25,734 bases of DNA from an uncultured Candidatus Marinamargulisbacteria bacterium (lineage in GTDB: Bacteria; Margulisbacteria; Riflemargulisbacteria; GWF2-35-9). Below, piece after piece: positions 1-8,336 of the stretch. A program made the position numbers and the translations under genes. How positions within the stretch are numbered: the first letter of the stretch is position 1; every line of letters begins with the position of its first letter. A model generated the notes under the pieces. It was not told where the DNA came from. It made no database searches and was given only the letters and a program-made list of their open reading frames with translations. Location: the NCBI GenBank assembly GCA_903910705.1, contig CAIWAN010000025.1:1-25734 (forward strand), written 5' to 3'.

Positions 1-52
1 GAAATTATCCGGCATGCACTGGGGTTCAGAGAACGTTCAATCCATGGTCAGT

Positions 53-1366
53 CTAAGGGCAAGGGTTCTGTCGGGTCAGAGCGATGATATCGTTTCGAAA
101 TTCGGCCGTGCCGCTTGAACCCGACCATTTCTTATGCGCCCTCTTTTTGTTGATCCAATAACTAATAGAAAAATAGAGAACCATGAGTGAGGTGATGATC
201 CCATAAAGGGGTATTAGGTGGGTGAATGATGATTGATATTGTTGGGGGATAATAAGGACATAGGGGTTATCTTTGACGACCCCGCCGATAATACTTGAAG
301 CCCTGAGTATGAATGATTGAGGAATAAGATATCCACCAATGAAAAATAGCTGAATCCATCGAAACTGAAACCCACGCCGATGGTTTGGGGTGGGCTGAAT
401 TATTTGGAAGAGAAGAAGCGGAAAAAGAAAGGGCAGATCATATAAACGATGGTAGGCGATACTGAGCGACGTAGCAACAATAAGGATCGTAACAAGGAGT
501 GTTGGTTTTTTCCCCTTGGGCTGGGTCCAGATTACGGCAATTAAGGAGATAAGGGTTAAAAGTTTTAGTAGCGTATTCATAGGGTTATTTAAAAAGAAGC
601 CCATATTGACAAGATCTCCGCCACTTTTTGGATAGGTGTTCCATCCGTGAGAAGACATGGTCGAAATAGCGAGTGAGGTATAGTCACGATGAAGCGTAAC
701 AAGATCCCATCCCCAAAGACTCGGAAAGAAAGAGATCATTGAAACGACGATAAAAGCGAGGCCAAGTAGACGAAACTCTTTTCTCAAAAGAAGCACGATA
801 ATAAGAATTGGAAATAGAGAGTTTTTAATGATTATCCCCAATGCAAGAGCCAATGAACGCCACAAGGTGTTTCTGCCAAGGAGAGAAAAACAGAAGAATA
901 GACCTGCAATAATGGAAGCTTGTCCATTGCGAAGTGCGAAAAGGGTCGGCGCAGACTCAAGAAAAAAGGTTAGACCGACACTTAGCCAAACAAGGGATGT
1001 CCATCGAGAATGATTATGAATGGGGAGAGGGCCAATAAAGGAGGTGTACAAATACCCATATAGAATAAGAAGAACGATGATATCCAAAACGATCAACCCA
1101 AAACTGGCTGAAACAAGATCAAGTTGGATTATAGGCGAGAATAGAGCGGCAAAGCCAGGGGACACGGGCATTCTTGTCGTCTGAGTGGAACTCAGGATGT
1201 AGGGGTTAATTCCTGCCATTAGCCTTTGGGTTCCTTCATAATACACCGTAAAATCGCATAGGCCAGTGCGGAGAAGATGGGGCAGTCGAAGTATCAATGC
1301 TCCAAGATTTACGACTATTATGGTTAGTAGTACTCCGATCTTATAGCCAGATATGTTTTTTTTCAT
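53..1366 (-). CDS. Polytopic membrane protein, GT87/DUF2029-like glycosyltransferase
   Basis: Multiple hydrophobic segments; N-terminal DFTVYYEGTQRLMAGINPY and a downstream NGQ motif resemble the GT87 (DUF2029) family. Confidence 0.7.
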   Translation of the reverse strand: MKKNISGYKIGVLLTIIVVNLGALILRLPHLLRTGLCDFTVYYEGTQRLMAGINPYILSSTQTTRMPVSPGFAALFSPIIQLDLVSASFGLIVLDIIVLLILYGYLYTSFIGPLPIHNHSRWTSLVWLSVGLTFFLESAPTLFALRNGQASIIAGLFFCFSLLGRNTLWRSLALALGIIIKNSLFPILIIVLLLRKEFRLLGLAFIVVSMISFFPSLWGWDLVTLHRDYTSLAISTMSSHGWNTYPKSGGDLVNMGFFLNNPMNTLLKLLTLISLIAVIWTQPKGKKPTLLVTILIVATSLSIAYHRLYDLPFLFPLLLFQIIQPTPNHRRGFQFRWIQLFFIGGYLIPQSFILRASSIIGGVVKDNPYVLIIPQQYQSSFTHLIPLYGIITSLMVLYFSISYWINKKRAHKKWSGSSGTAEFRNDIIALTRQNPCP

Positions 1367-2154
1367 CGGGAGGTTCTTAGATATTCATAAGACTCTGAGA
1401 TAGCTTTCATTTTCTTTTCGCTAGCAAGTCGCTGCCTTTCTTCGAGATGACAGGTTACATCGGGATGATATTTTTTAGCCATTTGACGATAGGCTGTTTT
1501 GATAGCATCCTGATTTGCGCCTGGATTAAGCCCTAGCACACGGTAACACTCGATTTCTTTACTTCGAGACATGGGGTCAAGGCCACGATGATGTCGTCGA
1601 ACGATGGATACCATATCGCGCTCTGATATTCCAAGTAGACGAGCCACCTGGTCCAGAAAGATTTGTTCGGCAGGTCTAATCTCAGAGTCGCTTATGGCGA
1701 TCAATACGAGAAAGTTGATAACGATGAGCTTCTGTTCGTAGGGGAAAGCTCCATTCATTGAGATGCAAAGATTAACTAAGGACGAAGGGGTGTGGAGCTC
1801 TTGTCGAATGGTATTGCCTACCCACTCAAGGGTTTGATCGTGGACGTTTAACTTTGAGATGAAGAATTGTTTAAGGGCTTGAATTTCTAAACGATCAAGT
1901 CGCCCATCTACTTTCATTAACGCAACAGCCAAACGAATCATCCAATCAAAGAACTGAAGCTCACGACGTTCTCTTGCGGGGGAAGTTCTTTTCTTTGTTC
2001 GCTTTAGAAGGGGTTGTCCAATCAGAAAGACCAATATTGAGAGGATTAGCATAACGAGACTAATGACCGAAACCCCCCAAATAGCTAGTGAAATGGGCAT
2101 GATCATGATAATGATCCCCAGAAAAATAAATTGCTTTGCAATCGGAATATTCAT
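1363..2154 (-). CDS. DnaJ-domain membrane protein, DjlA/TerB-like
   Basis: Two N-terminal hydrophobic segments, TerB-like middle region, C-terminal J domain with HPD motif (AIKTAYRQMAKKYHPDVT). Stop overlaps the start of the 53..1366 gene. Confidence 0.8.
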   Translation of the reverse strand: MNIPIAKQFIFLGIIIMIMPISLAIWGVSVISLVMLILSILVFLIGQPLLKRTKKRTSPARERRELQFFDWMIRLAVALMKVDGRLDRLEIQALKQFFISKLNVHDQTLEWVGNTIRQELHTPSSLVNLCISMNGAFPYEQKLIVINFLVLIAISDSEIRPAEQIFLDQVARLLGISERDMVSIVRRHHRGLDPMSRSKEIECYRVLGLNPGANQDAIKTAYRQMAKKYHPDVTCHLEERQRLASEKKMKAISESYEYLRTSR

Positions 2155-2160
2155 GGATGT

Positions 2161-2166
2161 ATTATA
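2161..2166 (-). promoter_or_regulatory. Candidate -10 (TATAAT) 6 nt upstream of the DnaJ-like gene ATG (weak -35)
   Basis: Reverse complement reads ...aaagaTATAATacatccATG. Confidence 0.45.
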
Positions 2167-2239
2167 TCTTTATCTTGCTGTTTTGTAATCGGACTCATCT
2201 TGTTTCAGATTTTGGTTATATAGAAGGAGGAAAATTATC

Positions 2240-2815
2240 ATGAATGTCGTTGCTTTTAATGGGTCGGTTCGCAAGTCAGGAAATACGGACTGGTTGATCC
2301 GTCGATGCTTTACCGAGTTAGAGAGTGAGGGCATCGAAACGGAACAGGTTGAACTAGGTGCGAAGCCCTTTTTGGGATGTATTGCCTGTTATAAATGCTT
2401 TGAGAACAAAGACCACCGTTGTGCGGTTGCCAGTGATGACATGAATGACCATATTGCGAAGATGCTAGTGGCGGATGGCATTATCCTCGCCTCTCCAACG
2501 TATTTTGCGGATGTTACGGTTGGGATGAAATCCTTGATAGAGCGGGCGGGGATGGTCGCACGTGCCAATCATAATCATCTGCGTCAAAAAGTGGGTGCAA
2601 GTATTGTTGCGGTCAGACGAGAAGGCGCGCTCCATGTTTTCAATACCATGAATAATTTTTTTCTGATCGGTGAGATGATTATCGTAGGGTCAAGCTACTG
2701 GAATATTGCCAGAGGCCGGATGCCCGGAGAAGTCGCCGATGACGAAGAGGGCGTTCAAACCATCACAAAACTAGGCCAGAATATGGCTTGGCTCTTAAAA
2801 AAACTTAAAGCCTAA
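2240..2815 (+). CDS. NADPH-dependent FMN reductase / iron-sulfur flavoprotein-like
   Basis: N-terminal NGSVRKSGNTDWLI flavodoxin-like FMN-binding signature, CIACYKCFEN Cys motif, GIILASPTYFADVT; strong SD (aaggagg) upstream. Confidence 0.8.
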   Translation: MNVVAFNGSVRKSGNTDWLIRRCFTELESEGIETEQVELGAKPFLGCIACYKCFENKDHRCAVASDDMNDHIAKMLVADGIILASPTYFADVTVGMKSLIERAGMVARANHNHLRQKVGASIVAVRREGALHVFNTMNNFFLIGEMIIVGSSYWNIARGRMPGEVADDEEGVQTITKLGQNMAWLLKKLKA

Positions 2816-2836
2816 TCTTTCCCCCGATTTGCCCTA

Positions 2837-2866
2837 TTGACGCGCCTTTGATCTTTCAGCCATAAT
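2837..2866 (+). promoter_or_regulatory. Candidate sigma70-type promoter for the yifB/comM operon (TTGACG-N18-CATAAT)
   Basis: TTGACG at 2837-2842, CATAAT at 2861-2866, about 41 nt before the ATG. Confidence 0.5.
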
Positions 2867-2907
2867 GCTAACGCAAGCAAATGTCCGATGTGGAGAGGTG
2901 ACGTTAA

Positions 2908-4437
2908 ATGTTGACGCAAATTCAAAGTGCAACTTTAGGTGGGTTTGAAGCGAAACGTATTGATGTTGAGGTCGATAGTCGACGGGGTTTGCCGGGTCTT
3001 AGCATTGTTGGTCTTCCTGATGCGGCCATCCGTGAAAGTCGAGACCGTGTTCTTGCGGCCGTCAAGAATTCAGGATACGAATTGCCGATGAATCAATTCT
3101 TTACGATCAACTTAGCCCCTGCGGATATCCGCAAGAATGGAACCCTGTACGACCTACCGATGGCACTCGCTTTGCTTCAGTCGACAGGGCAGGCAGATTT
3201 TCCGAGTTTAGAGGGGGTTATGATCATTGGTGAGTTGGGCTTGGGCGGAGACGTAAAGCCCGTTTCGGGTGTACTTTTAATGGCGATGTTGGCGAAAGAG
3301 ACGGGCGTGAAAGCGTTGATCCTTCCATCAAAGAATGAACATGAGGCCAAGATGGTTCAAGGCTTGCCGATCATATCGGTCACCTCATTATCAGATGCCA
3401 TCGATAAGCTTATGAAGCCGGAGGTAATGGGTGAGGTCTCCTCTTGGCAGCCTATTACAAAAATCGACGCTTCAACGGTTGATTTCCGAGATGTTCGAGG
3501 TCAAGTCCTAGCCAAACGAGCCCTTGAGGTAGCGGCCGCAGGCGGTCATAATATCCTCTTTATTGGCCCTCCTGGGTGCGGGAAAAGCATGTTGGCGAGC
3601 CGCGTGGGGAGTATTCTGCCTCACCTCAGTGATAGCGAAATGATGGAAACGGCTAAGATCTATAGTGTAGCCGGAAAAATGTCAGATCGAGAGGGGCGTT
3701 GGCATGAACGGCCGTTTCGATCCCCCCACCATACGACGAGTTATGCGGGGTTGATCGGTGGTTCCGCTTTTAGTCGACCCGGTGAAATCAGCCTCGCCCA
3801 TCGAGGGGTGCTATTTTTAGATGAACTACCCGAATTTAGTCGACTGGTCTTAGAGTCGTTGCGACAGCCGATGGAGGAGGGGCTTGTTCATATCGCTCGT
3901 GCGCAACAAACGATCACTTACCCGTCACAGTTCATGTTGGTTGCGAGCGCAAACCCTTGTCCGTGTGGCTATGACGGTCATCCGACGATCCCTTGTCGAT
4001 GCACCTTAATGAATCGGCAACGCTATAATATTAAGCTGTCTGGCCCATTACTGGATCGTTTTGACATGGTGTTAACGCTTCGGCCTGTTCCTGAGAAGGA
4101 ATTGTTTCGCTTGCCCGAGGGAGAGTCCAGTCAAATTATTCGAGAAAGAGTGGGGCGGGTATCGTGTTTTCAACAAACCCATCGGAAACAAACGGTTCAA
4201 AATGCGCGTTTAGGATCGGCTGAGATCCAGAGAGAGATTGATCAGTCACCCAACCTGTACAAAGAAATCATTAGCCGAACGCCCTCGCTTCGTTTGAGCG
4301 CAAGGCAGTTACATAAAATGATCCGAGTGGCTCGTACCCTTGCGGATCTCTCCGGGTCATCTCATGTTGAGGTTGCTCACCTTCTTGAAGCGTTACAATA
4401 TCGGAACCGATACCATGATATCCCAGCTGCCTGTTAA
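2908..4437 (+). CDS. comM: YifB/ComM family Mg-chelatase-like AAA+ ATPase
   Basis: LPGLSIVGLPDAAIRESRDRV, Walker A GPPGCGKSMLASR, RSPHHTTSYAGLIGG, RPGEISLAHRGVLFLDELPEF, ANPCPCGY: all typical of YifB/ComM. Confidence 0.93.
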   Translation: MLTQIQSATLGGFEAKRIDVEVDSRRGLPGLSIVGLPDAAIRESRDRVLAAVKNSGYELPMNQFFTINLAPADIRKNGTLYDLPMALALLQSTGQADFPSLEGVMIIGELGLGGDVKPVSGVLLMAMLAKETGVKALILPSKNEHEAKMVQGLPIISVTSLSDAIDKLMKPEVMGEVSSWQPITKIDASTVDFRDVRGQVLAKRALEVAAAGGHNILFIGPPGCGKSMLASRVGSILPHLSDSEMMETAKIYSVAGKMSDREGRWHERPFRSPHHTTSYAGLIGGSAFSRPGEISLAHRGVLFLDELPEFSRLVLESLRQPMEEGLVHIARAQQTITYPSQFMLVASANPCPCGYDGHPTIPCRCTLMNRQRYNIKLSGPLLDRFDMVLTLRPVPEKELFRLPEGESSQIIRERVGRVSCFQQTHRKQTVQNARLGSAEIQREIDQSPNLYKEIISRTPSLRLSARQLHKMIRVARTLADLSGSSHVEVAHLLEALQYRNRYHDIPAAC

Positions 4438-4966
4438 CGAGTCTTTTACAATCTCGTGTCCGTTGGACGTGAACCCCAAGCCTTTGATCGAGTTGCTTAT
4501 GCAGGGTCGATATCGGCAGGTTCCTGCGTATAATTATTCGCGCTCAGACAATCAATCCTTGATAGTGACCGTCGGAGCTACACGGCCAACGCTTACGGTC
4601 TCGTCTCGACAAAAGAAAGCGGGGGCTGTTGTCTTACTCGCTGCCATATTGCTTCTCTGCCAACACATGGTCGTGAAAAAAAACCAATATCAACGCTTAG
4701 AGCGAAAAGCAGTCAATCTAATGCTATATAAGGCGGAGACGAACGAACGATCACTAAAAATGAGCAAGGCTTTTATCGATATCCTTCGACTGCCTATCTA
4801 TATTCGTAAAGTTGAGGTGACGCCGGTGGGGTGGTCATTAGACGTTATGGGAGATCCTACGCAGATCCAAACACTCTCATCGAGATGGAAGGTGATCCTT
4901 CCGGTGGAAAGCACACAAAACGGATTAACAAAGATCAAAGGAGGCGGAACATGGGCGACCAAATAG
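4415..4966 (+). CDS. Single-TM protein, possible PilN-like pilus/secretion assembly component
   Basis: ORF track starts at 4340; ATG at 4415 overlaps the comM 3' end. One hydrophobic segment (AGAVVLLAAILLLCQHMVV), periplasmic-type C-terminal part; sits upstream of a secretin. Confidence 0.4.
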   Translation: MISQLPVNESFTISCPLDVNPKPLIELLMQGRYRQVPAYNYSRSDNQSLIVTVGATRPTLTVSSRQKKAGAVVLLAAILLLCQHMVVKKNQYQRLERKAVNLMLYKAETNERSLKMSKAFIDILRLPIYIRKVEVTPVGWSLDVMGDPTQIQTLSSRWKVILPVESTQNGLTKIKGGGTWATK

Positions 4967-5226
4967 TAAATGGGGTGCTAGTGCTTTTATTGTCGGGCGT
5001 TATTGTTTCAATGGTGTTTTTATTTCAGCCCCCGATCTTGTTGTCGACACCATTAGCCTGTAATCGGTCTAGGCTGCCTATCGATTGGGTCGAGATTCAA
5101 GGAAGGTGGGCGTGTGCTAACGTAACACCTGAATCGTTGTCAGCCATGCTTCGGGTGCTGCGGACGTGGGATAAAGTGCCCGCGCGTATCCGACTTGAGC
5201 CCCCGGTTGCGGAGGTGATCTGGTAA
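4951..5226 (+). CDS. Small single-TM protein of the secretin operon
   Basis: Start refined to ATG 4951 (MGDQIVNGVLVLLLSGVIVSMVFLF) preceded by ggaggcgg; overlaps neighbours on both sides. Confidence 0.6.
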   Translation: MGDQIVNGVLVLLLSGVIVSMVFLFQPPILLSTPLACNRSRLPIDWVEIQGRWACANVTPESLSAMLRVLRTWDKVPARIRLEPPVAEVIW

Positions 5227-6164
5227 TGAGAGTCATCCTATTATGTTTGATCATTTCAGTCTGTTGGGCGGGCAGCCAAGCGATCTTTACGTTTCCGCCC
5301 CCCTCTGCACCGGTGGCTCGACAACCTTCAGCTGTCGGGGCGACTCGGGTTCAAAGTCGAGTGATAACCCTCAATCATCGGCTTGATCTGGACTGGCCGA
5401 TCTTAATAACTCAGGTTTCCCCTTTAGTACGGGCAGTTCGTCCCGCTGGGTCTCGCTTGATCTATCTAGAGGGCGAACGATCCATGCTTGATCGGGTTGA
5501 GTCTTGGGTTTTTCAGGTCGATGTTGCGCCTCAAACCATCGAATATAGTATCGCTGTTGTTGAGGTGAGTCGTCAGGGAATCGAACAGTTAGGGATTGAT
5601 TGGCAGAGCTATTTTAATCAGTGGAAAACAACACGGGAGGAGGGTATGATTCATGTTGTCGATCAATTGAATGTGCTAATGAAGTCGGGTCAAGCCAATC
5701 TTAAAGCCAGCCCACGCGTGACCAGTATAGAAGGTCAGGAGGCCCGTATTCGCATCGGGGATAGGGTTCCTTATACTGTGCCGGTTGAAACGGCGACTAA
5801 GACGGGGTGGCAGCTGCAGTATTTGGATACAGGGATCGATTTGAAATTGAAGGGGTTCGTATTAGACGGGAATGTCATTCGCGCCCAAATCCAAGCGACC
5901 ATCAGCAATATCAAACAATGGAAAGCGACCCCCGCGGGGGACTACCCTATTTTGAGTAGTCGAGAGGTCATGCTAGAAGGGGAGATCAAGAGCGGAGACA
6001 CGCTTGTTCTGGGAGGACTCAGTCAGCAACAAGAGCGTAAAAACCATCAAACCGTGCCCATTTTAGGGGATTTGCCGGTGTTGGGGGACGTGCTTGACAT
6101 GAAAACCTCCGAGCAAGAGTCCAGTGAAGTGGTCTTTATGCTGACACCCGTGGTGAAGAAATGA
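5226..6164 (+). CDS. Short secretin (PilQ/GspD-like)
   Basis: Signal-peptide-like N terminus; LKASPRVTSIEGQEARIRIGDRVPY, DTGIDLKLKG, ILSSREVMLEGEIKSGDTLVLGGL, VPILGDLPVLGDV, VVFMLTPVV are secretin-domain motifs. TAATG start/stop overlap with the previous gene. Confidence 0.85.
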   Translation: MRVILLCLIISVCWAGSQAIFTFPPPSAPVARQPSAVGATRVQSRVITLNHRLDLDWPILITQVSPLVRAVRPAGSRLIYLEGERSMLDRVESWVFQVDVAPQTIEYSIAVVEVSRQGIEQLGIDWQSYFNQWKTTREEGMIHVVDQLNVLMKSGQANLKASPRVTSIEGQEARIRIGDRVPYTVPVETATKTGWQLQYLDTGIDLKLKGFVLDGNVIRAQIQATISNIKQWKATPAGDYPILSSREVMLEGEIKSGDTLVLGGLSQQQERKNHQTVPILGDLPVLGDVLDMKTSEQESSEVVFMLTPVVKK

Positions 6165-6211
6165 AAAGCGTAGTACGATGTAGTCAACATGAATACATTG
6201 GAGGGTCTAAA

Positions 6212-6436
6212 ATGGATCAATCAACCCCAACCTCGGTAAGACTGGAGAAAAACGTCATAGAAGAAATCGATTCGATCGCTCGGCGTGCGCATCGGTCTCG
6301 TGCTTGGATCATCAAGGAGGCAGTTAATTTGTATTTAGATGAAAGAGCTGATCTTGATGTTGCCTTAAGCAAATTGCAAGACCCGAATTCAGACTATATC
6401 GACTGGGACATCGCAAAACATGACCTTCTCCATTAA
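6212..6436 (+). CDS. Ribbon-helix-helix antitoxin
   Basis: Start refined to ATG 6212 (ggaggg SD); TSVRLEKNVIEEIDSIARRAHRSRAWIIKEAVNLYL is a CopG/RelB-type RHH pattern; overlaps the toxin ORF. Confidence 0.8.
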   Translation: MDQSTPTSVRLEKNVIEEIDSIARRAHRSRAWIIKEAVNLYLDERADLDVALSKLQDPNSDYIDWDIAKHDLLH

Positions 6437-6674
6437 GATTGAAGCGAGTGCATTAAAGCAACTGGGAGCCATTGATAAGCCCTATCGTTTGTTGATTATT
6501 GATCAGATCGACGCTCTCGCTATTGATCCGTTCAGAGGCAAACAACTAAAGGGGCAATGGAAAAGTCTTCGACGAATCCGGGTTGGGAGTTATCGAGTGA
6601 TTTATTCGGTGAAGACCGATATCTTGGTTGTTCTTATTGTTCAAATCGGCCATCGAAAAGATGTGTATGACTAA
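6420..6674 (+). CDS. RelE/ParE-family toxin
   Basis: 84 aa; LKGQWKSLRRIRVGSYRVIYSVKTDILVVLIVQIGHRKDVYD matches the RelE-type core. Confidence 0.85.
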   Translation: MTFSIKIEASALKQLGAIDKPYRLLIIDQIDALAIDPFRGKQLKGQWKSLRRIRVGSYRVIYSVKTDILVVLIVQIGHRKDVYD

Positions 6675-6678
6675 ATCC

Positions 6679-7161
6679 TTAGCCTTGTTTTAGTTCTGTG
6701 ATCAGACGATAAAGGACATTGAGTCGCTCACTGATGACCTCATCATCTTTTTGAAGGCAAGCCTCAAAGAGATCAAGATCTTTTTGGATGTGTTCGTTTT
6801 CCTCACAAATCGCGACATTCATCGCGCCGCCTTGTAATCCGATCCGTTCAAGGAGGGGATAGGCGGGGTAGTCCTTTTCGTTTTTATGGTAACGCTCTTT
6901 AAAGAAAAGTTTTGACTGACAGATCAAAATCGCTAGATCAAGCGAACGATGGAGCGGCATTTCCTCGGATTGTCGAGACCACTTATCGCCGGTATGTCGC
7001 CAAACTTTTGCCGAGATCTCCAGATTGCCTCGGTCATTCCACTGTGCTAGACCCAAAGACAACCCTTTGGCGTCGCTATCATTCGCACTCCGCCCATCGA
7101 TTTTGTCATAGTCTTCGGAAACGATAACGGGCTTGTGTTTCAGCTCGGTAGGGATCTTCAT
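6679..7161 (-). CDS. DUF6530-like protein
   Basis: KHKPVIVSEDYDKIDGRSANDSDAKGLSLGLAQWNDRG...EISAKVWRHTGDKWSRQSEEMPLHRSLDLAILICQ resembles proteins annotated DUF6530 (from memory); SD aaggag upstream. Confidence 0.55.
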   Translation of the reverse strand: MKIPTELKHKPVIVSEDYDKIDGRSANDSDAKGLSLGLAQWNDRGNLEISAKVWRHTGDKWSRQSEEMPLHRSLDLAILICQSKLFFKERYHKNEKDYPAYPLLERIGLQGGAMNVAICEENEHIQKDLDLFEACLQKDDEVISERLNVLYRLITELKQG

Positions 7162-7176
7162 GGCTTGCTCCTTTTC

Positions 7177-7203
7177 AGTAATTTACTAAATAAGTAGTTT
7201 ACT
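7177..7203. promoter_or_regulatory. Tandem AGTAATTTACT / AGTAGTTTACT motifs upstream of the DUF6530-like gene
   Basis: 7177-7187 and 7193-7203; each copy is an AGTA...TACT inverted repeat, spaced 16 bp apart. Confidence 0.35.
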
Positions 7204-7270
7204 GCAAATAATTTTGTTTGAGAAGGGCTTTTATGTTTTGGTTGGGACGTGATGTCGAACTCCGTAATAT

Positions 7271-7879
7271 TTAGGGTCTAAGTTGGCGGTCCCTGAGATT
7301 ATGAAGACGGTCACTTTTACTGGGCGCAACTCTTTCCGGTGGGCTACGATGGCTCTTTGGTTCTTGATAGCGATAATGATAGGGTGAACCTTTGTGAACA
7401 AGAAACCCATCAGAAAGAACAAGGTTAAAGGGTGACCGGTTATAATGGTTCACAATATACACAACATGTTCGTTTAGGGGGTGATTATCGGGTCTTATTG
7501 CGTTCCACTGTTTTTGCAAGTTGATTCGCGCTAAATTGTCATCATCAATTTGTCGGTTTATGGCAGCAATTTTGTTTTCCATGAATCGGATTTTATTATA
7601 CTCTTTCGAGAAACTTTTACTGGTTTCGTTATATTTAGTATTCAAGTAGAACCGATCAATATCGGATTCAAGGTCATCCCTGTCTTGTTTAAGATTTTTT
7701 ATCTCAACATCAAGCTGTTGGAGCTGAAGAAGAAGATCCTCTTGTTGATGACTATAAGGATATGTCTTTTGATATACGGTTTTTAAGGGAACTGAAATCC
7801 CAACATTTACAGCCATTCCAGCAAATATCCCTCCACAAGACAAAATGACGAATAAACTCACCATGCGTGTTATATCCAT
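7271..7879 (-). CDS. Membrane-associated coiled-coil protein, possibly frameshifted near its 3' end
   Basis: Start refined to ATG 7879 (MDITRMVSLFVIL) with ggagg upstream; central coiled coil. An alternative frame (7231-about 7430) carries a hydrophobic LFFLMGFLFTKVHPIIIAIKN segment. Confidence 0.45.
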   Translation of the reverse strand: MDITRMVSLFVILSCGGIFAGMAVNVGISVPLKTVYQKTYPYSHQQEDLLLQLQQLDVEIKNLKQDRDDLESDIDRFYLNTKYNETSKSFSKEYNKIRFMENKIAAINRQIDDDNLARINLQKQWNAIRPDNHPLNEHVVYIVNHYNRSPFNLVLSDGFLVHKGSPYHYRYQEPKSHRSPPERVAPSKSDRLHNLRDRQLRP

Positions 7880-7989
7880 ACAAAGCACCTCCAGCCTTCT
7901 AATTAATAAACAGTTTTCATCAGCGAATAGTTCCAAAAAAAACGAGCAGGAATGCTTTGCCTCCGAACAAACATTTTTACCTTTATGCT

Positions 7990-8187
7990 TTAATGATAAT
8001 TACGTCCTTTATTATTTTTATATCGGTCATCATAATAAAGGTCTTCAAATAATTTCCCATTTTCGCCATGTTTATTTACTGAAATATAAGGTTTGATATA
8101 AGAAGAGGATGAGTCAATATCTTCCTTAGGTATGCCTTTATCGGGCTGAGCCTTGTCGTTATTATTTAACGCTTGCTTTGATCTCAC
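7990..8187 (-). CDS. Small hypothetical ORF
   Basis: 65 aa with GTG start and upstream aaggag at slightly long spacing; polar sequence, no recognised domain. Confidence 0.2.
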   Translation of the reverse strand: MRSKQALNNNDKAQPDKGIPKEDIDSSSSYIKPYISVNKHGENGKLFEDLYYDDRYKNNKGRNYH

Positions 8188-8271
8188 TTAGTATAGGCTC
8201 CTTTATTAGATATTCCCTTTAAGCATAAGCCATAAATAGGATTATGCAAGCAAAACCGTTTTGGAATACAA

Positions 8272-8289
8272 AACTCCAAAATGGCGGCG
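8272..8289 (+). repeat. 18-bp direct repeat, left copy (AACTCCAAAATGGCGGCG)
   Basis: Exact match to 9486-9503. Confidence 0.85.
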
Positions 8290-8336
8290 AAAATGGAGTT
8301 GACGACTCCAAAATAGCGATATAATATAGGAGTATT

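Noticed and set aside
1-52. Possible gene fragment at the left edge
   Set aside because: Too short to call a feature or frame.
7550-8096. Short plus-strand ORFs at 7550-7786 and 7845-8096
   Set aside because: Hydrophobic or low-complexity translations opposite the better-supported minus-strand coiled-coil gene, no SD.
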